Origin: Jatrophihabitans sp.
GTDB taxonomy: Bacteria > Actinomycetota > Actinomycetes > Mycobacteriales > Jatrophihabitantaceae
Length of the DNA: 64,000 nucleotides
Direction: 5' to 3'
NCBI GenBank assembly: GCA_035248685.1
Contig: DATFHF010000014.1
Coordinates: 133-64,132, forward strand
Shown: one piece after another, positions 17,534 through 25,858 of the stretch
How positions within the stretch are numbered: the stretch's first letter is position 1
Layout: every line of letters begins with the position of its first letter
Notes under the pieces: generated by a model
Databases searched by the model: none
What the model was told of the DNA's origin: nothing
Seen by the model: the letters and a program-made list of their open reading frames with translations, nothing else
Translations under genes and position numbers: made by a program

Positions 17534-18456
17534 GCCGGTGCCGCTGCTTGCAGGACTTCACGGGCGGCCGCGGTGCTCATCGCCAAGGCGCCCATCAATG
17601 GCGCGTCGAACGGGAAGGCCGCGAGCACCAGCTCAGGTGGGTAGGGCACTGCCGTGTCGAGCGCGCCGCGCAGGCCGGGGCGCAGTTGCTCCCAAGAGCG
17701 CGTCATGCCGCCACCGACCACGATGCGGGCCGGGTCGATGGCGATGGTCAGGTTCACCAGGTGAAAGGACAGTTCGGCGACGAAGTCGGTCAGCACGCCG
17801 GCCGCCGCCGGCTCGGCGTGGGCCCGCCGGAACACCGCTTCGGCACCGAGGCCGGGCGGCCGCAGCAGCCAGGCGGCCTGGCTCAGCGCCTGGCCGCTCA
17901 CCGCCTCCTCCAGCGGTGCACGCTTCGAGTTCGTCCCGATGTCGCCGACCCGGCGCAGGTTGTATCCGATCTCACCGGCAGCGCCGTGGTACCCGTGGAC
18001 CACCAGCCCGTTGACGACGATCGCCACCGCGAGCCCGGTGCCCAGGTTGAGGTAGATACCGGGGTCGCAGCCCACCAGGGCGCCCCACTCCGCCTCCGCG
18101 TGGGCCGCCGCCTTGACGTCGGTGGCCAGTCGGATCTCGGCACCGGCGAAAGCGCGCCTGAGTTCGCGGCCGAACGCGACGTCGCCCCAGCCGGGTATGG
18201 TGGGCGCCAGCCGCACCCCGTCCTCGCCCGGAATGCCGAACGTGCAGGCACCGACCGCGAGCAGCTGCCGGCCGCCGGCCACCTCGTCCAACAGTGCCTG
18301 TCCGGCAGCGATGCCGCGTTCGAGGGCGGCCTGCGCACCGTCCTCGGCCCCGCTCGGAATGGTCACCGAACCGAGCCGGTCACCGGAGATTTCGCTTACC
18401 GCGGCGGCAATCTTCGTCCCGCCGAAGTCCAGGCCGAGCACGACCGGTGCGTTCAC
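17530..18456 (-). CDS. ROK-family sugar kinase
   Basis: VVLGLDFGGTKIAAAV ATP-binding N-terminus and GAAGEIGY motif, with no N-terminal HTH. It is the first gene of the ABC/GH4 operon. Confidence 0.85.
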   Translation of the reverse strand: MNAPVVLGLDFGGTKIAAAVSEISGDRLGSVTIPSGAEDGAQAALERGIAAGQALLDEVAGGRQLLAVGACTFGIPGEDGVRLAPTIPGWGDVAFGRELRRAFAGAEIRLATDVKAAAHAEAEWGALVGCDPGIYLNLGTGLAVAIVVNGLVVHGYHGAAGEIGYNLRRVGDIGTNSKRAPLEEAVSGQALSQAAWLLRPPGLGAEAVFRRAHAEPAAAGVLTDFVAELSFHLVNLTIAIDPARIVVGGGMTRSWEQLRPGLRGALDTAVPYPPELVLAAFPFDAPLMGALAMSTAAAREVLQAAAPA

Positions 18457-18535
18457 GCCGGGCCCCCTCGCCTATGGACGGACTGGTAGTTAGTAAAGTA
18501 GACTGACAATTAATCCAGCACAAGACCCCGGCCAC

Positions 18536-18551
18536 ATTGGTTCAGACCACC
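18536..18551. promoter_or_regulatory. dre-like (DasR-type) operator candidate
   Basis: ATTGGTTCAGACCACC matches the remembered Streptomyces dre consensus ACTGGTCTAGACCACT at 12/16 positions. It lies in the divergent promoter region between the ROK kinase and the ROK regulator. Confidence 0.4.
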
Positions 18552-18566
18552 ACTTCGGGAGGATGC

Positions 18567-19775
18567 GTGACCGGGGCTTCCGGGCATGGCTCGCCAGCCG
18601 GGCCGCAACTGATCCGCGCCATGAACGAGCAGTTGCTGCTTCGGCTCATCCGCGATGGCGGCAAGATTTCTCGGGCCGATCTGGCCCGGCTGTCCCGGCT
18701 ATCGAAGCCGACCGTGTCGCTGGCCCTGAGCAACCTCGAGCGGGCCGGGCTGGCCCGGGCGTCGGGGGTGCGCACCGGTGCACCGGGGCCGGCCGCCGTG
18801 CTCTATGAAGTCAGGCCCGAGGCCGGTTTCGTATTGGCGCTCGACATCGGCAGCCAGTTCCTGCGCGGCGCGATCTGCGACCTGACCGGTACCGTGCGTG
18901 CCCGATCGACGTTGCCGGTCAAGGCGGCTACCAGCCACGGCCTGGTCGCCGAACTCGGTGAACTTGCCGGCAAGCTGCGCGCCGAGCTCGGCTTGCGTCC
19001 GGCCGATATCAGCCAGACCGTGCTGGGCAGTCCAGGCGTGTACGACCCCCGGCGCGACGCGCTGGCGCTGGCCGGTGCGCTGCCGGGCTGGGACCAGCCG
19101 ATCGTGCTGGACGAACTGCGCCGAACCTTCGGCGACTCGTTGATGATCGAGAACGACGCCGACGCGGCGGCGCTGGCCGAACGCGCGCACGGACACGGCC
19201 GCGACGTCGACAGTTTCGCCTTCGTCTCGATCGGCACCGGGATCGGCATGGGGTTGGTGCTGGACGGCCGGTTGCATCGCGGGGCGCACGGCGCGGCCGG
19301 CGAGATCGGCTTCCTGCCGCTGGGCACCGGCGCCAAGGCCGACGCGCGGGACGCCCGCCGCCGGGGTGCCCTGGAGGCGGCGGCCTCGGCGGCCGGCGTG
19401 GTACGGGCCGCCCGCCGCGCCGGAATCAGGCGGCCGGCGTCGGCCCGATCCGTCTTCGTGGCAGCTGCTGACGGGGACGAACGGGCCGCGCGGGTGGTGG
19501 CCGACGAAGCGGTCCTGGTCGCCAAGGCAATCTGCTCGGTGATCGCGGTCGCCGATCCGGAGCTCGTGGTGCTCGGCGGCGGCATCGGGCAGGCTGCGGG
19601 ATTCTGCGACGCGGTACGCCACGCACTGCAAGATCTGGCACCGGTGCAGCCGGAGCTGCGGGTGAGCGCACTCGGCGTCGACGCGGTGGTCGACGGCTGC
19701 CTGGCCGCCGGCAGCGAGCGGGCGTGGGAACTGGTGACCCTGCGGCCGACCGATGACGGATCGGACGGAGCATGA
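18567..19775 (+). CDS. ROK-family transcriptional regulator
   Basis: N-terminal winged-helix region LIRAMNEQLLLRLIRDGGKISRADLARLSRLSKPTVSLALSNLERAGL plus a ROK sugar-binding domain (GAAGEIGF). Start set at GTG 18567, preceded by GGGAGGA; the ORF extends to 18537. Confidence 0.85.
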   Translation: MTGASGHGSPAGPQLIRAMNEQLLLRLIRDGGKISRADLARLSRLSKPTVSLALSNLERAGLARASGVRTGAPGPAAVLYEVRPEAGFVLALDIGSQFLRGAICDLTGTVRARSTLPVKAATSHGLVAELGELAGKLRAELGLRPADISQTVLGSPGVYDPRRDALALAGALPGWDQPIVLDELRRTFGDSLMIENDADAAALAERAHGHGRDVDSFAFVSIGTGIGMGLVLDGRLHRGAHGAAGEIGFLPLGTGAKADARDARRRGALEAAASAAGVVRAARRAGIRRPASARSVFVAAADGDERAARVVADEAVLVAKAICSVIAVADPELVVLGGGIGQAAGFCDAVRHALQDLAPVQPELRVSALGVDAVVDGCLAAGSERAWELVTLRPTDDGSDGA

Positions 19776-20764
19776 CCCTGGACCAGACCTATGTCGTCGC
19801 GGCCGACGGCGGCAATTCCAAAACGGATCTGGTGTTGGCCACCGACCGAGGTGACTTGCTGGCCAGGGTTCAGGGCGGTGGCACCCGGCCGCACATCGAG
19901 GGCATGCCGGCCACCATCGAAGCGCTCGCTGAGCTGACCCGACGGGCGGTCGCCGAGGCCGGGTTGCCGACCGGCACTCGGATCGCGGTCGGCAGCTTCT
20001 ACCTCGCCAACGTCGACCTACCCGATGAAGAGGCGGTGGTGTTGGCCGGCCTGCGCCGGCTGGCGGTCGCTGAGCAGCTCGAGGTTCGCAACGACGTGTT
20101 TGCCGTGTTGCGTGCCGGCAGCAGCCGGGACTGGGGGGTGGCGGTGGTGGCGGGTGCGGGCATCAACGCGGTGGGCGTGCACCCGAACGGTCGGGAGGAG
20201 CGTTTCCTGGCGCTCGGCGATGTCAGCGGTGACTGGGGTGGTGGCTATTCGGTCGGCCTGGCCGGCCTCGGTGCGGCGGTTCGAGCCGGCGACGGCCGAG
20301 GACCGGCCACCGTGCTGCGCGAGCTACTCCCTCGCCGATTCGGCGATCCGGATCCGGAGACGATGGCGATCCGACTGCATCGGGAGCCGGATGCCGAGCG
20401 GTCGTTGCTGGCGCTGGCTCCGGTGGTGTTCTCGGCGGCGTCGGCCGGCGACCCGGTTGCCTGCCGGATCGTCGAACGGCTCGCCGACGAGGTGAGCAAT
20501 CTGGCGACCGCCCTGCTCCGGCGGCTGGCCCTGCTGGGTTCGGACGCCGATGTGGTGCTGGGCGGCGGCACCTTGCAATCCGGCAATGGGCCGCTGCTGG
20601 ACCGGATCCGCTCGCAGCTTGCCGTGGTCGCCCCGAACGTCGTGGTGCGGGTGCTGGACACCGCCCCGGTCACCGGCGCGGTGGCCCGAGCGCTCGACCT
20701 AGCCGGCGCTCCGGCCACCGCCCGGGAACGGGCCCGTGCCGCGCTGCGACAGCCAGCTGGCTGA
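19772..20764 (+). CDS. BadF/BadG/BcrA/BcrD-type ATPase (N-acetylglucosamine-kinase-like)
   Basis: VVAADGGNSKTDLVLA N-terminal phosphate-1 motif and GAGINAVG. The start overlaps the upstream stop. Confidence 0.75.
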   Translation: MTLDQTYVVAADGGNSKTDLVLATDRGDLLARVQGGGTRPHIEGMPATIEALAELTRRAVAEAGLPTGTRIAVGSFYLANVDLPDEEAVVLAGLRRLAVAEQLEVRNDVFAVLRAGSSRDWGVAVVAGAGINAVGVHPNGREERFLALGDVSGDWGGGYSVGLAGLGAAVRAGDGRGPATVLRELLPRRFGDPDPETMAIRLHREPDAERSLLALAPVVFSAASAGDPVACRIVERLADEVSNLATALLRRLALLGSDADVVLGGGTLQSGNGPLLDRIRSQLAVVAPNVVVRVLDTAPVTGAVARALDLAGAPATARERARAALRQPAG

Positions 20765-20769
20765 CCGGC

Positions 20770-21090
20770 TCAGCCCTCGGCGGCCTGCGGGTCGAACATG
20801 CGCAGCCGGTTGCGGGCCGCGAGGTAGCGCAGATCGCGAACCTCATCGGCGTCGGGCGCCGTCACGAACACCACGGCGAGGTAGCGATCGGCCGGCTGCC
20901 CGGAGCCGGGCCGGGGCAGCAGCCGCATCGCCGTCCAATCCGGATCACTGGCCAGCAGATCGCGACGGAACTCGGCAACGTCCGGGCAGGCCGCGGCACA
21001 GTTCCACTGCCCGTGCCGCAACCGGTCGGCCACCTCGGCATCTTCGAATCCGCCGTCGGTGGCTCCCCAGAACAGCAGCCAGTACTCCAC
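20770..21090 (-). CDS. hypothetical protein
   Basis: This is the C-terminal third of the 20770..21450 ORF (VEYWLLFWGATDGGFEDAEV..). The upstream part is antisense to the rhodanese gene. The start (GTG 21090 or TTG 21098) is uncertain. Confidence 0.45.
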   Translation of the reverse strand: MEYWLLFWGATDGGFEDAEVADRLRHGQWNCAAACPDVAEFRRDLLASDPDWTAMRLLPRPGSGQPADRYLAVVFVTAPDADEVRDLRYLAARNRLRMFDPQAAEG

Positions 21091-21130
21091 CGGCCCAAGG
21101 GTAGGACCGTCCGGTAGGTAACCTCGGGGT

Positions 21131-21475
21131 GTGCCTTCCGCTCGCGCCGACCAGGTGTCGGCCAGCCAAGCCCTCGAACTCCTCGACAGCGGCGCCATTC
21201 TGCTGGACGTCCGGGAACAGGATGAATGGGAGGCCGGACACGCACCACAGGCGCAGCTGCTGCCGATGTCAGAACTGGCCGGCCGGGTGGCCGAACTGCC
21301 CACCGACGTCCCGATCGTCTGCGTCTGCCACGTCGGCAGCAGATCGGCGGCGGTGGCCGCCGCGCTGAACCGGGCCGGCTGGCAGGCGATCAACCTGACC
21401 GGCGGCATGCTGGCCTGGCAGGCCGCCGGTTTGCCGATCGTCGACGACACCGGCGCGCCAGGCTACGTCGACTAA
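21131..21475 (+). CDS. rhodanese-like domain protein
   Basis: ILLDVREQDEWEAGHAP .. VCVCHVGSRSAAVAAAL .. NLTGGMLAW: single-domain sulfurtransferase pattern with an active-site Cys loop. Confidence 0.85.
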   Translation: MPSARADQVSASQALELLDSGAILLDVREQDEWEAGHAPQAQLLPMSELAGRVAELPTDVPIVCVCHVGSRSAAVAAALNRAGWQAINLTGGMLAWQAAGLPIVDDTGAPGYVD

Positions 21476-21486
21476 CGACGGCTCGA

Positions 21487-21960
21487 TCAGCCGCCGTCGG
21501 CCGATCGACGCAGCATCGGCGGTAGGAAGGCCGCACCGCCGCCGACTGCCCGGCTGACCGCGACGTCCGCCGGGTTGGAGATCTGGCACTGTCGCAGCGA
21601 CAGGCAACCACAGCCGATACAACTGACCAGGCCGTCGCGCAACGCCTGCAATGCCTCGATCTGCTCGTCCAACCGGCGTCGCCAGTCGTGCGAGATCCGT
21701 CCCCAGTCCGCCTTGGTGGGCGTGCGGGCCTCCGGAAGATGGCCCAATTCGACCCGGATCTCGTCCAGCGACAGCCCGATGTTGCGCGCCGCCCGGATGA
21801 AGGCCAGCCGGCGCAGCACATTGCGCTCGTACCGACGCTGCCCGCCGCTGGTGCGGCCGGCCGAGATCAATCCTTCGCGCTCGTAGAACCGCAGCGCCGA
21901 TGGGGCCATGCCACTGCGGTGCGCCACCTCCGACACCGACAGCCGATCGCTGGATTTCAT
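21487..21960 (-). CDS. soxR: redox-sensitive MerR-family regulator SoxR
   Basis: MerR HTH (LSVSEVAHRSGMAPSALRFYEREGLI) and the SoxR [2Fe-2S] cysteine motif CIGCGCLSLRQC. Start at ATG 21960 (MKSSDR). Confidence 0.9.
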   Translation of the reverse strand: MKSSDRLSVSEVAHRSGMAPSALRFYEREGLISAGRTSGGQRRYERNVLRRLAFIRAARNIGLSLDEIRVELGHLPEARTPTKADWGRISHDWRRRLDEQIEALQALRDGLVSCIGCGCLSLRQCQISNPADVAVSRAVGGGAAFLPPMLRRSADGG

Positions 21961-22047
21961 GTCATCGACGGTAGGCGGAGCTGAAGCCTGCTTCAACTTC
22001 CCGCGTGCTCTGTTCAGTCGTCGGCGTCAAGGCTTTGGCGGGGCGGC

Positions 22048-22063
22048 TATGGTCTATACCATT
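22048..22063. promoter_or_regulatory. dre-like (DasR-type) operator candidate
   Basis: TATGGTCTATACCATT contains the near-palindrome TGGTCTATACCA (compare the dre core TGGTCTAGACCA), immediately upstream of the ROK glucokinase-like gene. Confidence 0.5.
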
Positions 22064-22068
22064 TATCG

Positions 22069-23010
22069 GTGGACGGAGAGCGCTTGAGCGACACCCTGAT
22101 CGCCGTGGACGTCGGCGGCACCGGCATCAAGGCGGCCCTGTGCGGACCCGACGGCGGGTTGATCCTGGCCCGCCGGCTGGCCACCCCGGTCGATCGGGGG
22201 GTGCCGGCCGTGCTGGCCGCAATCGCCGACGTGATCACCGAGCTAGCAGCCCAGGGCCAGCAACGTCGGCAGCCGGTGACCGGCGTCGGCCTGATCCTGC
22301 CCGGCATAGTGGATCCGGCCGCCGGGATCGCCCGGTACTCCACCAACCTCGGCTGGCGAGACCTGCCGATCCGGGACGAGATCCAGGGCCGGGTGGGCCT
22401 GCCGGTGGCGATCGACCACGACGTGCGAGCCGCCGGGCTGGCCGAGGCGAGCCTGGGTGCCGCCCGCGGCGTGGCCGAGGCGCTGTACCTGTCGATCGGG
22501 ACCGGGATCGCCGCCGCCTGCATCACCGGCGGACGGATCGTGACCGGTGCCGGTGGGTTGGCCGGCGAGATCGGCCATCTGCCGGTGCTGCCCGATGGCG
22601 AGCGGTGCGCATGCGGGCAGGTCGGTTGTGCCGAGACCTACGCCAGCGGGGCCGCGCTGGCTCGCCGGTACCGGGCGGCAGGTACCGACAAGCTCGATGC
22701 CGAGCAGGTCATCGCCCGGGCGGCGGCCGGCGACCCGGTGGCCGTTCGGGTGTTCCAAGAGGCGATAACCGCACTGGCCCGGGCGCTGATCAACTACACC
22801 TTGCTGTTCGATCCGGCCCTGATCGTGGTGGGCGGTGGCCTGTCGCTGGCCGGCGCTCGGCTGCTGGATCCGCTGGCCGCCGCGATCAGCGCCGGCTTGG
22901 CTTGGCGCTGCGCTCCGGCGCTGGTGCCGGCTCAGTTCGGTGCCGACTCCGGCCGGCTGGGCGCCGTCCTGATCGGCCGGCAGGCAGCTTCCCGGGGCGC
23001 CGGCAACTAA
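22069..23010 (+). CDS. ROK-family glucokinase-like sugar kinase
   Basis: LIAVDVGGTGIKAAL, GLAGEIGH, and the zinc-binding motif CACGQVGCAETYASG. Confidence 0.85.
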   Translation: MDGERLSDTLIAVDVGGTGIKAALCGPDGGLILARRLATPVDRGVPAVLAAIADVITELAAQGQQRRQPVTGVGLILPGIVDPAAGIARYSTNLGWRDLPIRDEIQGRVGLPVAIDHDVRAAGLAEASLGAARGVAEALYLSIGTGIAAACITGGRIVTGAGGLAGEIGHLPVLPDGERCACGQVGCAETYASGAALARRYRAAGTDKLDAEQVIARAAAGDPVAVRVFQEAITALARALINYTLLFDPALIVVGGGLSLAGARLLDPLAAAISAGLAWRCAPALVPAQFGADSGRLGAVLIGRQAASRGAGN

Positions 23011-23020
23011 CCTGCCAACC

Positions 23021-23800
23021 ATGACCCAGCCCGACCCGGATCGACTTCGGCCGATAGCGGCGAACCTGGTCGGGGCGCTGATCGCGCTGGACTTCGACGG
23101 GACGCTGGCCCCGATCGTGCCGGACCCGACGACCTCCCGTCCGGTGCCCGGCGTGGTGGCCACCCTGCATGAGCTGGCCGAGGCCGGCGCCCGGATCGCG
23201 ATCGTCACCGGCCGGAACGCCGAGACCGTGCTTGCGCTGAGTGCCGAACTGGCCGGCATCGAGGGCCTGCTGATCAGCGGGTTGCACGGTGCCGAGACCT
23301 GGCAGCACGGCCGGCTGGTCACCCAGCCGGAGCCGGCCGGGATCGCCGAGCTGCGGGCCGCGCTGCCGGCGCTGCTGCCGCACGACGTCTGGCTGGAGGA
23401 CAAGCGATTGTCGCTGGTCGTGCACACCCGGCAGGCCGCCGATCCGGAGCAGGCGTTTGCCACTCTGTGCGAGCCGGTCAGCCGGCTAGCCGCCCAGCAC
23501 GGCCTGGAAACCCACCCGGGCAAGCAGGTGCTCGAGCTCCGGATGCCCGGGCCGTCCAAGGCCACCGCACTGGACTCGCTGCTCACCGACCGCACCCCGG
23601 CCGCGCTGTTCGCCGGCGACGATCTCGGCGATCTGCCGGCGGTGACCGCGCTGCGCGCCTGGTCCGAACGAACCGGACGGCCCGGCTACGCGATCGCGGT
23701 CGGCGAGGTGGCGGAGCTAGCCGAGGTAGCCGACGGCCGGCTGGACACCCCCGCCGAACTGGCGATCGTGCTCGCCGGCCTACTGCCCGCGCACCGCTAG
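23021..23800 (+). CDS. otsB: trehalose-phosphate phosphatase
   Basis: HAD motif I LDFDGTLAPIV, motif II IVTGR, and KATALD .. GDDLGD, typical of OtsB. Confidence 0.8.
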   Translation: MTQPDPDRLRPIAANLVGALIALDFDGTLAPIVPDPTTSRPVPGVVATLHELAEAGARIAIVTGRNAETVLALSAELAGIEGLLISGLHGAETWQHGRLVTQPEPAGIAELRAALPALLPHDVWLEDKRLSLVVHTRQAADPEQAFATLCEPVSRLAAQHGLETHPGKQVLELRMPGPSKATALDSLLTDRTPAALFAGDDLGDLPAVTALRAWSERTGRPGYAIAVGEVAELAEVADGRLDTPAELAIVLAGLLPAHR

Positions 23801-23858
23801 CTGGCCGACACCTGAGCCCCAGGGCCGCCCGGTCGCCGAAATTGTCCGATGGTTCTGT

Positions 23859-24896
23859 TTGGATAGGAACATGGTTGCCAATAGCGCGCACACCGACCCC
23901 AAGCCTGCCCATCCGTCGGAAAGGCCGGACGGCCGGATCGTGGTGGACAACCTCACCAAGGTCTTCGGCACCCAGCGGGCAGTCGACTCGCTGAGCTTCA
24001 CCGTCGAGCCGGGCTCGGTGACCGGATTCCTCGGACCCAATGGCGCCGGCAAGACCACCACCTTGCGGATGCTGCTCGGCCTGGTGGAGCCCACCTCGGG
24101 CAACGCCACCATCAACGGAGTGCGCTACCGGACGCTGGCTAAGCCGCTGCAGACCGTCGGCGCCGCGCTGGAAGCGGCCAGCTTCCACCCCGCGCACACC
24201 GGCCGGCAGCACCTGCGGATCTACTGCGCCGCGGCCGGCCTGCCGGCCGAACGCGCCGACGAGGTGCTGCACCTGGTCGGCTTGGCCGGCGATGCCAAGA
24301 AGAAGACCAAGGGCTACTCGATGGGCATGCGGCAGCGGCTAGCACTCGCGGCAACCCTGCTCGGCGATCCCCGGGTGCTGATCCTGGACGAACCGGCCAA
24401 CGGCCTGGATCCGGAAGGGATCCGGTGGCTGCGCGGCTTCTTCCGCCACCTTGCCGCCGAAGGCCGCACCATCCTGGTGTCCAGCCACCAGCTGTCCGAG
24501 GTGCAGGAGGTGGCCGACCGGGCGGTCATCCTCAACCGCGGTCGACTGGTCAAGGCCGGTAGCATGGCCGAGCTGTCGGCCGGCACCAGCACCGCGATCG
24601 TGCGCGGCCCAGACCTCGGGCCGTTGGTACCCGCACTGCAACAGCTTGGGCTGTCTGGCACCACTGAGCCGGACGGGTCGCTGCGGGTGCAAACCGAGAA
24701 CCTGGCTCAGGTCGGCAATGCCGCCTTTGTCAATCGGGTCGAACTGCACGAATTGAGTCTCGAGGAATTCGATCTGGAAAGGCTGTTCTTCTCCTTGACC
24801 GAAGGCGCGTACCAGGCGCAGAGCTTGGACCAGGTACCGCCACCGCTACCCGGACAACCACCGACCGGACCTGGCCACCGCACGGGGGCACGCTGA
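23859..24896 (+). CDS. ABC transporter ATP-binding protein (ABC-2/DrrA-like)
   Basis: GPNGAGKTTT, YSMGMRQRL, LILDEPANGLDP. Confidence 0.9.
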   Translation: MDRNMVANSAHTDPKPAHPSERPDGRIVVDNLTKVFGTQRAVDSLSFTVEPGSVTGFLGPNGAGKTTTLRMLLGLVEPTSGNATINGVRYRTLAKPLQTVGAALEAASFHPAHTGRQHLRIYCAAAGLPAERADEVLHLVGLAGDAKKKTKGYSMGMRQRLALAATLLGDPRVLILDEPANGLDPEGIRWLRGFFRHLAAEGRTILVSSHQLSEVQEVADRAVILNRGRLVKAGSMAELSAGTSTAIVRGPDLGPLVPALQQLGLSGTTEPDGSLRVQTENLAQVGNAAFVNRVELHELSLEEFDLERLFFSLTEGAYQAQSLDQVPPPLPGQPPTGPGHRTGAR

Positions 24897-25660
24897 TGTT
24901 GAACCTCATGAAGTCCGAGATCTTGAAGGTGCGCAGCACCCAGGTGTGGTTCTGGATGCTGGTGCTGGCAGTCGCCCTCACCGGGCTGACCTGTGCCGGT
25001 GAGTTGTCCGGCGTCCATTCGCACGAACCGTCGGAGTCCGTCGACTACTTCAACATCCTCAAGCCGTTCTGGCTGACCGGCGTGGCACTGCTGGTGCTCG
25101 GGCTGCTCGGGCTGACCACCGAGTATCGGCACAAGACGATCACGCCGACGCTGCTGGCGACGCCCAACCGGCTACAACTACTGCTCGGCAAGACGGTCGC
25201 CTACGGCATTCTCTCGGTCCTGTACAGCACGGTCTGTGTTGTCGTCAACGTCGTCATGGCGAGTATCTGGTTGTCGGCGCTATCGGTACCGGTCAAGTTC
25301 GGCGGTGAGGTTCCCAGCGGCCTGCTGCGTTCCTTCCTCTCACTTCTGCTATTGGGCCTGTTCGGTCTCGGCCTCGGTCTTCTGGTACGCAACCAGGCCG
25401 CCGCCATGGTGATCGGGTTGGCCTACCTCTTCGTCCTCAACTTCATCCTCGCCGGGATCCCATTCGTGCGAAAAGCCTGGCCGTACGAACCGGGCGGCGC
25501 CTTTATCCAGTTGATCCGGAGCACCAGGCGCGACGATATGAATCTCCCGTCTGACGTGCACCAATACGCCCCGGCCGTCGCCGGGTTGATCCTCCTGGGC
25601 TGGTCGGTGATTTTGCTGGCGTTGGGGTACGTGGTGAGCCTTCGCCGCGACGTGAGCTGA
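24896..25660 (+). CDS. ABC-2 type transporter permease
   Basis: MLNLMKSEILKVRSTQVWFW is a typical ABC-2 permease N-terminus, followed by six predicted TM segments. The start overlaps the ATPase stop. Confidence 0.8.
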   Translation: MLNLMKSEILKVRSTQVWFWMLVLAVALTGLTCAGELSGVHSHEPSESVDYFNILKPFWLTGVALLVLGLLGLTTEYRHKTITPTLLATPNRLQLLLGKTVAYGILSVLYSTVCVVVNVVMASIWLSALSVPVKFGGEVPSGLLRSFLSLLLLGLFGLGLGLLVRNQAAAMVIGLAYLFVLNFILAGIPFVRKAWPYEPGGAFIQLIRSTRRDDMNLPSDVHQYAPAVAGLILLGWSVILLALGYVVSLRRDVS

Positions 25661-25858
25661 GCCGGCATCGAGCGGCCCGCCGGACGCTTGTGAGTAACCG
25701 CACACATTCGGCCGGCCGGTTCCAGCGTCCGTGCTGCTGCTACCCAGGCGCACGCGTAGGCTTGATTACGGGTCGGGTCAGGCTGGTCGGGCAGGTAACG
25801 CTGGGAGTTGCTGCCGATCGACCGTGCCCGGCCCGCCGGGTTACGCACTGAAGAGAAG

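Noticed and set aside
21982-21995. Inverted repeat TGAAGC-CT-GCTTCA upstream of soxR, considered as a SoxR box.
   Set aside because: It does not match the SoxR-box core I remember (CCTCAAG..CTTGAGG within a 19-bp-spacer promoter). I could not identify flanking -35/-10 elements.
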